Part shown: one piece after another, positions 20,607 through 29,556 of the stretch | Layout of the letters: each line of letters starts with the position of its first letter | Numbering within the stretch: position 1 is the stretch's first letter | Origin: an uncultured Verrucomicrobiae bacterium | GTDB lineage: Bacteria > Verrucomicrobiota > Verrucomicrobiia > Chthoniobacterales > UBA10450 | Direction of reading: 5' to 3' | DNA: 64,000 nt | NCBI GenBank assembly: GCA_963801815.1 | Contig: CAWDGJ010000003.1 | Coordinates: forward strand, 704,001 to 768,000 | Position numbers and translations under genes: made by a program | Notes under the pieces: model-generated | What the model was told of the DNA's origin: nothing | Database searches by the model: none | What the model saw: only the letters and a program-made list of their open reading frames with translations

Positions 20607-22439
20607 CTAGCTCGAAGCCGGAACGGCTGCTGTCGCGCGCGTATTACTGCCTGCGAGCGCGAGGATGACATCCGTTTTCGAAACGCTCCCGATCAACATA
20701 TGACCGTTGACTTCCGAAATAACTGGCAAGCGTTCGCCGTCGTGATGGCTGAAACGCTCCAGTGCTTCAGTGAGCGATGCGTCAGGGCGTAGCGCTGGAA
20801 AAGATTCGCGCAAAATATCTCTCGCGATAACCACGGTCGCGAGCTCGGGTGTGTTCAGGAAATTTTTTATATCGTGAAGCGAGATCACGCCCAGAAAGCG
20901 GTCGTGATCGGTGACGTAAAGATAATTAAACCGGGTGGCGATGAACTTCTCACCGATCTCTGCGAACCCGGCTGTCGGCGCGACAGTCAGCGGTTTTGGT
21001 TTCATCAAGTCGCGCACATGAAGTTCAGCCAGTTGACGCCGGTAATCGCCCGCGCCTTTGCGGCTGAGCGCCTCGGCGTAAATCGAACGCCTCTCGATGC
21101 TGACGGACGTGTAGTAACCGACGACGCAGGCAAGCATCAACGGCAGGATGATTTGATAGTCGAGAGTCATTTCGAAAATCATGACGATGGCCATGATCGG
21201 CGCATGCGTGGCCGCGGCGAGAAATGCGCCCATGCCGACGAGCGCGAACGCGCTCGGATTGACCGGCAAACGCCCCAACACATGCTGAGCGGCCGTGCCG
21301 AAAAGAAAACCGAGACTCGCGCCGATAAAAAGGGTGGGCGTGAACACGCCGCCGACCGCGCCGGACCCGAACGTCGCTGTGGTCGCAAGGATTTTAAAAA
21401 CGAAAATGACGGCGAGCGTCTGCCAGATCCACTGGCCATGCAAGATTCCGCTCACCGTGCTGTAACCGTTGCCGCAAACTTCCGGCTGCCAGATCGCGAG
21501 CGCTCCGACGATTAATCCTCCAACGAACATCTTGAGGTAAATGGGCGCCGCGATGCGCCCGGCCCATTCTTCCGTCATGCGCAACAACCGAATGAACCAG
21601 GGAGCGACCAGACCGGCGGTCAGTCCGAGTAACAAGTAGGGGACGATTTCCCAATTACGGTTCAGTTGGAACGGCGGAATCTGGTAGAGCGGGCCGCTTC
21701 CGAGAAATCCCTGCACGGTGAGGGTTGCAACGACTGACGAAAAAATAAGCGGCCCGAGCATTTCCATCGCCATGGAGCCGAGAACAATTTCGGCCACGAA
21801 AATTGCACCCGCGATCGGCGCGTTATAAGCCGAGGCGATTCCCGCCGCCGCGCCGCAACCGACGAGCAATCGCAGTCGCGGCGTTGACCACTTTTGAAGG
21901 CGGCCGAGCCCGGACGCAATGACTGATGAAAGCTGAACCAGCGGACCTTCGCGCCCGATCGATCCGCCCGACGCAATCGTGAACAGCGCGGACAGAGTTT
22001 TAACCAAAGTGCGTCGTATCGAGATTCGGCCGTCCCCAAGGACTACCGCTTCCATGTAGTCCGTCGTCGGAATGCGACTGCGCCAGCGGGCACCGAATTG
22101 AAGGACCGCGCCGGCGATGAGCCCGCCTAACGCGGGAATTGCTACGCGCATCCAGGGCGGCAATTCAACAAAGGATTCAACCAGACCCGGTGTCGAGCTG
22201 CCGGTGAGAATCTTGTGGACCGCGCTTGTTCCTGCCCGGAAGGCAATCGACGAAAGTCCGCCGCAGAATCCGATCACGCCCGCCCAGAACAAAGTGACTT
22301 GAAGATCGGTAGGTCGGGTGCGGTCTTGAAACCAAACCCAGAATTTTAGCCGGCGAAACGCGCGTTGATTAGGCGCGGCCTGCGGTATCGTCGCCCTGAC
22401 GTTCATCCTATCACCTGCGTGCACAGAGTCGTCCGTCAA
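20607..22439 (-). CDS. ClC-family chloride channel/antiporter (ClcB-like) with CBS pair
   Basis: GSIGREGP, AYNAPIAG, GGVFTP, C-terminal CBS domains; start uncertain. Confidence 0.9.
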   Translation of the reverse strand: MTDDSVHAGDRMNVRATIPQAAPNQRAFRRLKFWVWFQDRTRPTDLQVTLFWAGVIGFCGGLSSIAFRAGTSAVHKILTGSSTPGLVESFVELPPWMRVAIPALGGLIAGAVLQFGARWRSRIPTTDYMEAVVLGDGRISIRRTLVKTLSALFTIASGGSIGREGPLVQLSSVIASGLGRLQKWSTPRLRLLVGCGAAAGIASAYNAPIAGAIFVAEIVLGSMAMEMLGPLIFSSVVATLTVQGFLGSGPLYQIPPFQLNRNWEIVPYLLLGLTAGLVAPWFIRLLRMTEEWAGRIAAPIYLKMFVGGLIVGALAIWQPEVCGNGYSTVSGILHGQWIWQTLAVIFVFKILATTATFGSGAVGGVFTPTLFIGASLGFLFGTAAQHVLGRLPVNPSAFALVGMGAFLAAATHAPIMAIVMIFEMTLDYQIILPLMLACVVGYYTSVSIERRSIYAEALSRKGAGDYRRQLAELHVRDLMKPKPLTVAPTAGFAEIGEKFIATRFNYLYVTDHDRFLGVISLHDIKNFLNTPELATVVIARDILRESFPALRPDASLTEALERFSHHDGERLPVISEVNGHMLIGSVSKTDVILALAGSNTRATAAVPASS

Positions 22440-22506
22440 GTCTCCGGCGTGAATTCGTTACCGCGATTGGCAATTTTCCGGGGTCGGTTAAGCTTGGCGA
22501 TCGTTC

Positions 22507-23034
22507 ATGCCAAAATATCTCGTAGTCAGCACCAGTGGTAATCCCGACAGCAACAGCCGGCGGATGGGCCAGGTTGCATTTGCACATTTGCAGAAGCGAA
22601 AGATGAACTGCGACTGGCTCGACATTAAGGACCTCGATCTACCGTTATGCGATGCCGATAAGTGTTACGGCATCGCGGGCGCGAAGCAGTTGAAAGAAGC
22701 AATCGAATCGGCGGATGGCATTTTGATTGCCGCACCCGTATATAATTATGATGTGGCTGCGGCGGCCAAGAACATGATCGAGCTCACCGGAAGCTCGTGG
22801 GAGGAAAAGGTGGTGGGTTTTCTTTGTGCCGCCGGAGGCAACAGCAGCTATATGGCGGTGATGGCCTATGCCAACAGTTTGATGCTCGATTTTCGAACTG
22901 TGATTCTTCCGCGCTTTGTTTACGCTACCAGCGACGCGTTCGAAGGTGACAAAGTTGCAGATAACAAAGTTGTCGCTCGAATCGAACAAGTCGCCGACGA
23001 ATTGATTCGCTTTACCGAAGCGCTGCGCGGTTAA
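22507..23034 (+). CDS. NADPH-dependent FMN reductase
   Basis: TSGNPDSNS, ADGILIAAPVYNY, KNMIE. Confidence 0.85.
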   Translation: MPKYLVVSTSGNPDSNSRRMGQVAFAHLQKRKMNCDWLDIKDLDLPLCDADKCYGIAGAKQLKEAIESADGILIAAPVYNYDVAAAAKNMIELTGSSWEEKVVGFLCAAGGNSSYMAVMAYANSLMLDFRTVILPRFVYATSDAFEGDKVADNKVVARIEQVADELIRFTEALRG

Positions 23035-23052
23035 ATGCGCGCACTTCGCGGG

Positions 23053-23170
23053 TAACACCTGGCTTTAGCCAGGGGGTTGACGCGGCAAAGCTGATCTAAA
23101 GCGGTTTAAAACCACTTTCGGCATGTGGTTTTGGCAACAGGCACCGGCCTGAAGGCCGGTGTTAGCGAGA
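23053..23170. repeat. Inverted palindromic doublet, family E
   Basis: TAACACCTGGCTTTAGCCAGG ... CACCGGCCTGAAGGCCGGTGTTA; degenerate copy at 29435-29547. Confidence 0.7.
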
Positions 23171-23245
23171 GGCTTAGGCGCGATTGAAGGCGATCTTTAC
23201 GTGTCGCGCTTGTAGAATCTGTCGCGCCGATGTTAGAACGGCGAT

Positions 23246-23959
23246 ATGCGATTCGTTTCCCTCATTATCATCGTCCTTTTTATCAGCAGGACAGCGTCGG
23301 CACGTCCCATCGAAATAGAAATTGGTCGCGGCCGGAACGCGAATGTCGTCAAGCTGGTTGAACAGGCGCAAGACCAGATGCTTAAAGGTGATCTTGCCGT
23401 CGCGCGTAAGAGTGTAGATGCCGCAATCCAGACGGATCCGAACTACTGGCCGGCGTTATTCATTCGAGCGGAAGTGCTGATGGACCAGCACAACTACGAA
23501 GCTGCGGTCCAGGATTGCGAACGAATACTGAGACAAGATTCCACCGTCGTTGAAGCAGCGCTGCTTCGAGCACGAGCAAATTTCTTTCTTGGCCGTTACG
23601 GGATCAGCCTGAAAGAAGTCGAGCATTGCATTAGCATTCAACCGCGACAGGACGCCCTGGCCAGAGCTTACCAGACCCGGGCTCTCGTGCGTTTGTATTG
23701 CCCGGACCCATCGATTCGAAACGTGCGAAAAGCTATCTCCGATGCGACGACTGCCTGCAGACTTATGGCCTGGTCGGATGGCGACCTGATCGATGTTCTT
23801 GCCGCAGCTGAAGCCGCCACCGGCGAATTCGATTCTGCGATTCATCACGAGCAGCAAGCGATGAACGCCACAGAAGTTCGCGAAGACGAAAAACGGGAAT
23901 ATCAAAAACACCTGGCGTTGTTTCAGCAGCACAAGGCTGTTGCTGGCACGGCGCGCTGA
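23246..23959 (+). CDS. Secreted tetratricopeptide-repeat protein
   Basis: Signal peptide; TPR-like helices (AIQTDPNYWPALFIRA), AAAEAATGEFDSAI. Confidence 0.8.
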   Translation: MRFVSLIIIVLFISRTASARPIEIEIGRGRNANVVKLVEQAQDQMLKGDLAVARKSVDAAIQTDPNYWPALFIRAEVLMDQHNYEAAVQDCERILRQDSTVVEAALLRARANFFLGRYGISLKEVEHCISIQPRQDALARAYQTRALVRLYCPDPSIRNVRKAISDATTACRLMAWSDGDLIDVLAAAEAATGEFDSAIHHEQQAMNATEVREDEKREYQKHLALFQQHKAVAGTAR

Positions 23960-23980
23960 AGGAAGCTGAACAAATTTGCT

Positions 23981-24280
23981 TCTTTCGTCCTTGCGGACTT
24001 GCATTTGGTGTGGCCACTCAACCCAGCGTTAAAACGCTGGGCTATTAGCTATTATAAACATACGTTCGTTGGCCGGCCGCAACAGGTGGCATTTCGTTCG
24101 TCGCGCAGAGCGATTCCAAAATTCAAAAACGGTGACAATAGCCCAGCGCTTCAGCGCTGGGGTTATGATTCACGCCAGTTAGGAGTCCCGCCATGGGACG
24201 ATAGAATGGTTCTTTCCTCCTTGCGGACTTCGTCATGGTGAGATCTCCGAATCCCAGCTTTAAAATGCTGGGCAACTATT
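23981..24280. repeat. BIME-like composite palindrome cluster, family F
   Basis: Unit TCTTTC(G/C)TCCTTGCGGACTT + CCCAGC..GCTGGG at 23981-24046 and 24211-24280, with an inverted unit at 24137-24206. Confidence 0.75.
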
Positions 24281-24307
24281 GACTCTGTTCGCTGTCCAGA
24301 ACGATAA

Positions 24308-24643
24308 CTACTTTCGTCCGAAGACGAGGCGCAGTTCGTCCTTGGCGTGTTCAAGAGTGCGCTTCCGATTTTTTGGAAGATTTTTGCCGGCGCGATTGAT
24401 GTAAAAGTTCAACATCGACATCGCGGATTGATAAGGCTTCGCCTTGCGCCGCTTGCTTCGTTCGGCTGAACGTTTCAGTGATAGTGCGATCCTCCTCGGA
24501 CTCCGTGACCGAAAAACCTTCGGTTCAAGATCGAGCGCATTGCTCTCCTTCGTCACCCGCGCAGACCAGCGTTTGGTTTTGCTGACGTATTTTTTTCTTC
24601 GACTCACGGACTGGTTCGCGCCCGGCAGCAGCTTCGCGCGCAT
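24308..24643 (-). CDS. DUF3175 family protein (start uncertain)
   Basis: WSARVTKESNALDLE..SAMSMLNFYINRAG..AKDELR. Confidence 0.85.
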   Translation of the reverse strand: MRAKLLPGANQSVSRRKKYVSKTKRWSARVTKESNALDLEPKVFRSRSPRRIALSLKRSAERSKRRKAKPYQSAMSMLNFYINRAGKNLPKNRKRTLEHAKDELRLVFGRK

Positions 24644-24664
24644 TTTCAGTCGTTGCGGCCGAAA

Positions 24665-25249
24665 TCACTTAGCAGCCCCGGCGAGGCCAAGCCGGTCGGC
24701 GTCGGCTTTGAGGGCTGCGATCACGTTGGTAATGACTTCGTCGAGTGGCAGTCCAAGTTTTTCGGCGCCGTGGATGATCTCCTCGCGATTGACAGCGCGG
24801 GCGAACGCTTTGTCTTTCATCTTCTTTTTCACCGCTGCCAGGTCGACATCATGAATGCTCTTGGTTGGCCTAACGAGAGCGACGGCGACGACGAAGCCAC
24901 TCAGCTCGTCGACGCCACGCAACGTCTTCTCGAGATTCGATTCCGGAACGACGCCGGAATAATCCGCGTGGGAGAGGATCGCGCGGCAAACCTCCTCACT
25001 CCAGCCGTGGTCACGCAGCCATTGGACGCCGGCAAACGGATGACCTTCGGTCGAACTGCGCTCAAGATTCGGATGTCTTTCGTAATCCATGTCGTGAAGC
25101 AGGCCGACCGCCTCCCAAAGATCGACATCTTCACTACGCTGTTGGGCGAAGTATTTCATCGAATCGGCGACTGCATAACAGTGTTTACGCAAGCTCTCGG
25201 ATTTCACCCAGTCATGGAGAATATTGAGCGCGTCTGAGGAAAGTGACAT
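24665..25249 (-). CDS. HDIG/HD-domain phosphohydrolase
   Basis: LRKHCYAV, GLLHDMDYE, AILSH, DELSGF, KKMKDKAFA. Confidence 0.88.
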   Translation of the reverse strand: MSLSSDALNILHDWVKSESLRKHCYAVADSMKYFAQQRSEDVDLWEAVGLLHDMDYERHPNLERSSTEGHPFAGVQWLRDHGWSEEVCRAILSHADYSGVVPESNLEKTLRGVDELSGFVVAVALVRPTKSIHDVDLAAVKKKMKDKAFARAVNREEIIHGAEKLGLPLDEVITNVIAALKADADRLGLAGAAK

Positions 25250-25376
25250 GAAAGAAACTAGAAGTTAGAAGTCGTCAATTTCAAAGAAAGAAACCGAATC
25301 CTCCGCCGAACAACCATCCGCGTGTTGCGCGTGTGGTCTCAATTGGCATGGAGAAAGATAATCGCGAGTACACGTT

Positions 25377-25487
25377 TGTCATTCCGAGCGCAAGCGAGGG
25401 ATCTCACAATCGAAGCGAGTATCACGCTAGTTAATTTGGGTGACCAACCAGCTTATGGGAGATCCCTCACGTTGGTTCGGGATGACA
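25377..25487. repeat. MITE-like element with ~29-bp terminal inverted repeats, family G
   Basis: TGTCATTCCGAGCGCAAGCGAGGGATCTC ... GAGATCCCTCACGTTGGTTCGGGATGACA. Confidence 0.75.
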
Positions 25488-25576
25488 GAAAGATCTGCCG
25501 CCTCGCGGATTCTTAGCGTGTAGTCCTACAGATCGAAGGAATTATTAAATAGCGCCGGTTTGGTTCGCGTTTTGGG

Positions 25577-26434
25577 TTATTGGAATTTTCCGGCGTAATC
25601 GCGCGCGAATTGTTCAAACGAAGTAGCCGCTCTGCCAGTTATCTCATTCACATCGGACGTTACAGCTGACCAGAGGCCTTGTTTGTTGATCGCGTGCAGC
25701 TCCATTAATTCATCCACCTGCCATTGCGGTAAGCCGGCCTGCAACATTCCATCACGCGCGGCCGCTTCGGGAACATCCACGTATGTAATCTTACGACCAA
25801 TCGCTTCTGAAAGAATCCGTGCGACGTCAGCAACTCCAAGCGCGGCGGGACCGGTGAGCGTGTAGATTTTTCCGTCGTGACCGTTGCTGGTAAGAGCCTC
25901 CGCAGCGACTGCCGCGATGTCGCGGGTATCGATGAAACTCGCCTTGCCGTCTCCCCAAGGCAAATAAATGACGCCGTTTCTCGGCGGAAAATAATTGACG
26001 AAGTTCTGCATGAACGAGTTCGGGCGCAAAATAACGTATGCGATTCCCGATCCGCGAACGTGTCGATCGCTCGCGGCGTGCTTGGTGTCGACCGCATACG
26101 CTGGCCCGGTGTCGACGCCGATCGCCGACAGTTTGACGATCTGTTTCACGCCGGCGTTTTTCGCAGCGTCGATTAATCGACTCACAACCTCGGTCTGATT
26201 TGGGGTCAGCGGCGGAAGGACAAACAATCTGGCAGTGTCTTTAAGCGCGCCGGAAAACGTGTTGATCCTTTCAAAATCAAATTCGACGAGCTCCACCGCC
26301 GGATCGAATCGCTTCGCCGCCTTCGTCTTGTCGCGAACGGCCGCCCGGACTTTTGCTCCCTTCCGCACGAGCGCTTTCACCACCTCGCTGCCAATCGTTC
26401 CCGTGGCGCCGGTGACAAGAATCAAATCGCTCAC
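25577..26434 (-). CDS. NmrA-like/atypical SDR NAD(P)H-binding oxidoreductase
   Basis: ILVTGATGTIG, LRPNSFMQN, FIDTRDIA, YTLTGP. Confidence 0.9.
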   Translation of the reverse strand: MSDLILVTGATGTIGSEVVKALVRKGAKVRAAVRDKTKAAKRFDPAVELVEFDFERINTFSGALKDTARLFVLPPLTPNQTEVVSRLIDAAKNAGVKQIVKLSAIGVDTGPAYAVDTKHAASDRHVRGSGIAYVILRPNSFMQNFVNYFPPRNGVIYLPWGDGKASFIDTRDIAAVAAEALTSNGHDGKIYTLTGPAALGVADVARILSEAIGRKITYVDVPEAAARDGMLQAGLPQWQVDELMELHAINKQGLWSAVTSDVNEITGRAATSFEQFARDYAGKFQ

Positions 26435-26516
26435 ACGTTTCTGCTACACGAATTCCTCACTGAAGCAACCGCGCGACGGTTGCTTTTCGACAACGCGCTC
26501 GTTAATTTGGTCGACA

Positions 26517-27407
26517 ATGTCCTGCGCGAAGATCGATCCGGCGCTGCACCAGCCGCACAAACCGTCGTGGATCAAAGTGCGGTTACCCTCGAATCCGGTT
26601 TTCTTCTCAACCAAGGCGCTCATCTCCGATCTGCGGCTGCACACTGTTTGTGAAAGCGCGCAATGCCCAAACCGCTGGGAATGTTGGAGCCAGGGCACGG
26701 CGACGTTTATGATCGCAGGCGATCGTTGCACGCGCGCGTGCGGATTCTGCGCGGTGACAACGGCAAAGCCGTTTGCGTTGGAGGACGATGAGCCGCAACG
26801 CGTCGCTGAAGCGGTGCAGCGAATGAAATTGAAACACGTCGTGATCACTGCGGTCGCGCGTGATGATTTGCAAGACGGCGGCGCGAATCATTTCGCGCGC
26901 GTAATCCGCGCAATTCAAGAAGCGGACCCATCGATCATCATTGAGGTGCTGGTCCCGGATTTTCATGCGGACGAGTCCTGTATCCGGACCGTGCTCGATG
27001 CGGGGCCGGAGATTTACAATCACAACATGGAGACGGTTGAGCGCCTTACCCCGCTGGTGCGTTCGCGGGCGAAGTACCGGACTTCGTTGAGGGTTTTGCT
27101 GCGCGCCAGGGAATTCTCACCGAAAACGGTGACCAAAAGCGGGATCATGCTTGGCTTGGGCGAAACCGAGCCGGAAATTTTTCAAACGATGGACGATTTG
27201 CGCGAAGTCGGCTGCCAGGTTTTGACGATGGGGCAATATCTCCGCCCGACGCCGAATCATTTGCCGGTGGTAGAATTCATCACGCCTCAACAGTTCGATC
27301 TCTACGGCGAGATCGCGCGCAAAAAAGGATTCGAACACGTCGCATCGGGTCCGCTCGTGCGCAGCTCGTATCATGCGGCCGACTTTCATCCGGTTGTGAG
27401 GCGATGA
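26517..27407 (+). CDS. lipA: Lipoyl synthase
   Basis: KPSWIK, CESAQCPNRWEC, CTRACGFC, RSSYHA; start taken at ATG 26517. Confidence 0.97.
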   Translation: MSCAKIDPALHQPHKPSWIKVRLPSNPVFFSTKALISDLRLHTVCESAQCPNRWECWSQGTATFMIAGDRCTRACGFCAVTTAKPFALEDDEPQRVAEAVQRMKLKHVVITAVARDDLQDGGANHFARVIRAIQEADPSIIIEVLVPDFHADESCIRTVLDAGPEIYNHNMETVERLTPLVRSRAKYRTSLRVLLRAREFSPKTVTKSGIMLGLGETEPEIFQTMDDLREVGCQVLTMGQYLRPTPNHLPVVEFITPQQFDLYGEIARKKGFEHVASGPLVRSSYHAADFHPVVRR

Positions 27408-27436
27408 CTCAAACGCGCATGTGCCTGCGTAAAATG

Positions 27437-27572
27437 CGAAAATTCGAAGCTCGAAGTCCGAAATCCGAAACAAACCAATAAAGTTCGGAAGATAACGTCG
27501 CTTTGTTTGCCGAGATTTTGATAATTCTTGCTTGCTTTGTGCTTCGATAATCCAACTTCGAAATTCGAAAGC
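27437..27572. repeat. Heptamer-repeat intergenic element (AAAT(C/T)CG type, degenerate)
   Basis: AAATTCGAAGCTCGAAGTCCGAAATCCGAAACAAA... Confidence 0.6.
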
Positions 27573-27576
27573 CGGC

Positions 27577-28263
27577 ATGACGAATCAAGAGCTCAGAATG
27601 AAAATCGCGGCGGTCATTCCCGCCTACAACGAAGAGAAACACATCGGCGAAGTCGCGCGCCGGACGCGACAGATTCTGGCCGACGTTCTGGTGGTCGACG
27701 ACGGATCCGCCGATAAGACGGCCGAACGTGCGCGCGAAGCCGGAGCGCAAGTGATTGTTCACGAACAAAACAAGGGTAAAGGCGAGACGATCAAAACCGG
27801 TCTCCGACATTGGGTGGATCGACAATTCGACCTGGTGATCATTCTTGATGCCGACGGCCAGCATCGGCCTGAAGAGATCGATCGCTTCATTGCGGCGGCG
27901 CTTTCGGCGGACCAGCCAAAGCTGGTTCTCGGCAATCGAATGAAGGACGTGTCGTCGATGCCGCTAATCCGACGATTTGTGAATCGGTGGATGAGTCAAC
28001 AAATCAGCGCCGTGTGCGGCCAGAAGATTCCCGACACCCAATGCGGTTACCGTTTGTTACATCGACAATTGATTCCTGAATTGCTCGGCGGCGCGGCGCG
28101 CTTCGATTACGAAACCGAGATGCTGATCATTGCCAGTCACAAAGGATTTCGAATCGCGTCGGTCCCGATCAGCACCGTTTACTCAGACGAAGTCAGCAGC
28201 ATCCACCCAGTGCGCGACACCATTCGCTTTTTCAAACTGATGCGACGCTACAGAAGTCTGTAG
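27577..28263 (+). CDS. Glycosyltransferase family 2 (DPM synthase-like)
   Basis: VIPAYNEE, VVDDGS, NKGKG, LDADGQH, DTQCGYR. Confidence 0.92.
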   Translation: MTNQELRMKIAAVIPAYNEEKHIGEVARRTRQILADVLVVDDGSADKTAERAREAGAQVIVHEQNKGKGETIKTGLRHWVDRQFDLVIILDADGQHRPEEIDRFIAAALSADQPKLVLGNRMKDVSSMPLIRRFVNRWMSQQISAVCGQKIPDTQCGYRLLHRQLIPELLGGAARFDYETEMLIIASHKGFRIASVPISTVYSDEVSSIHPVRDTIRFFKLMRRYRSL

Positions 28264-28316
28264 GGGAAGCAGTTTGCTTCCCGAAGAAAACGAGACGCTA
28301 ACAGCGTCTCCTACAG
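28258..28316. repeat. GTAG-type inverted REP doublet, family D, between convergent genes
   Basis: CTGTAGGGGAAGCAGTTTGCTTCCC ... GAGACGCTAACAGCGTCTCCTACAG. Confidence 0.7.
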
Positions 28317-28814
28317 TTCGACGAACTCAGATGGTAACCAAGCCTCGATTTGCGCGTGATGCGACTTCCAGGCAGTCCACGCGCTTTCGGCCCACGCTCG
28401 GACCAGCGCGGTATGTTCTTCCGCGGTTGTCGTTCGATGCACATCAGCAACCGTGATCCCGCCGCCGTTCGCCGGCGGAGTTAGCCAAACGAACTTCGAC
28501 TTCACGCGCACGGCCGCCAGCATCGCCTGATTCGCGCGATCGTTGTGGAGCCCGTGTTTGAGACACAAACAGAGGCGGATGAGATGAACTGCAACTGACT
28601 GAATGCTTTGCGGCGAGGGACGTCCCGGATGTTGCACCGCATAAGCGTCAACACCGAGGCGGTACGCGACCGCATATGCGGGATCGCTGTACTCACGGGT
28701 CGCCACTTCTCCGTAGGCCGCCCAACAACCAGGCGATGATTCCATGTAACGATGCGTCGGACCTTCGATGTCCCTAAACAGCCCGCCACATCCGATGCAT
28801 TTCACAAGGGCCAT
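28311..28814 (-). CDS. DUF5946-like protein
   Basis: CIGCG..HRYMESSPGCW..VDAYAVQHP..SVAVHL. Confidence 0.75.
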   Translation of the reverse strand: MALVKCIGCGGLFRDIEGPTHRYMESSPGCWAAYGEVATREYSDPAYAVAYRLGVDAYAVQHPGRPSPQSIQSVAVHLIRLCLCLKHGLHNDRANQAMLAAVRVKSKFVWLTPPANGGGITVADVHRTTTAEEHTALVRAWAESAWTAWKSHHAQIEAWLPSEFVEL

Positions 28815-28838
28815 GCGGAAGAAGGCGATGAAATCGCT

Positions 28839-29360
28839 TTAAATCAGGCCACGTTTGCGGAAGTCGCCGATGTTGCCTCCGCTCGAGCGCTCGATCATGT
28901 CGATGGTGAATTTGAGGAGACAAACTTCCCAGGCGTCGTCGACTCCTTGAATCACCGCGCTGAGGGCATCATCGCGATGTTGAACGTGGGACTTCGTTCG
29001 CTCGATCACTGATTCGATCGGGTCGCGAAACATTTGTTCGGTGACATCGGTTTTGCGAAATTGAAAACCGTAGCGGAGCACCGCGAAACTTTGTGCGCGC
29101 TCGCGGAGTTGATCGGCATAACGTTGCGCTTTCTCGCCAAAGCCTTCGAGCAAAAGGCGGCTCAAATGATCGGGCGTTAGAATTTGTGGACGATCAGCGT
29201 GAATTTTCCCGTCGCGAACGCGAACTTCATTCGCGCGATCCATCAGTTCGGAGATCAGGTAAAAGCGAAAGCTGGTTGTGCCGAAGGTTGCGATCTTTCG
29301 TTCGGGGGCGAGGATCACCTGCGTGTTTTCAATCGCGTATTGAAAATCGTCTTCCTTCAT
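28839..29360 (-). CDS. Conserved hypothetical protein
   Basis: Clean ORF; YAIENT..TFGTT..GVDDAWEVCLLKF. Confidence 0.75.
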   Translation of the reverse strand: MKEDDFQYAIENTQVILAPERKIATFGTTSFRFYLISELMDRANEVRVRDGKIHADRPQILTPDHLSRLLLEGFGEKAQRYADQLRERAQSFAVLRYGFQFRKTDVTEQMFRDPIESVIERTKSHVQHRDDALSAVIQGVDDAWEVCLLKFTIDMIERSSGGNIGDFRKRGLI

Positions 29361-29370
29361 TTGGACGAGA

Positions 29371-29427
29371 AGGTAGCGGCGATTGACCTCAATCGCCAGC
29401 GGGCGGTTTGGTGAACCGCCCTTACCT
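29371..29427. repeat. GTAG-type inverted REP doublet, family B (intergenic copy)
   Basis: AGGTAGCGGCGATTGACCTCAATCGCC-AGC-GGGCGGTTTGGTGAACCGCCCTTACCT. Confidence 0.8.
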
Positions 29428-29434
29428 CGCCTTG

Positions 29435-29547
29435 GTTAACAGCGGCTTCAGTTCGCCTCGATGGCAATCTTGAACTCGACCGATGGCATCGGTCGAGTTC
29501 TGTAGGCCTTTTGATTTTGCGAGGCTTGAAAGCCGGTGTTGGTGAGA
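29435..29547. repeat. Degenerate family E doublet enclosing a perfect 13-bp-stem hairpin (29472-29500)
   Basis: GGCTTGAAAGCCGGTGTTGGTGAGA matches GGCCTGAAGGCCGGTGTTAGCGAGA (23146-23170); GAACTCGACCGAT-GGC-ATCGGTCGAGTTC. Confidence 0.6.
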
Positions 29548-29556
29548 CGCCGTTAC

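Noticed and set aside
23981..24280. CRISPR array
   Set aside because: Units alternate in orientation, spacing is ~230 bp, and there are no cas genes.
26235..26516. N-terminal extension of LipA
   Set aside because: Overlaps the divergent SDR gene; LipA similarity begins after ATG 26517.
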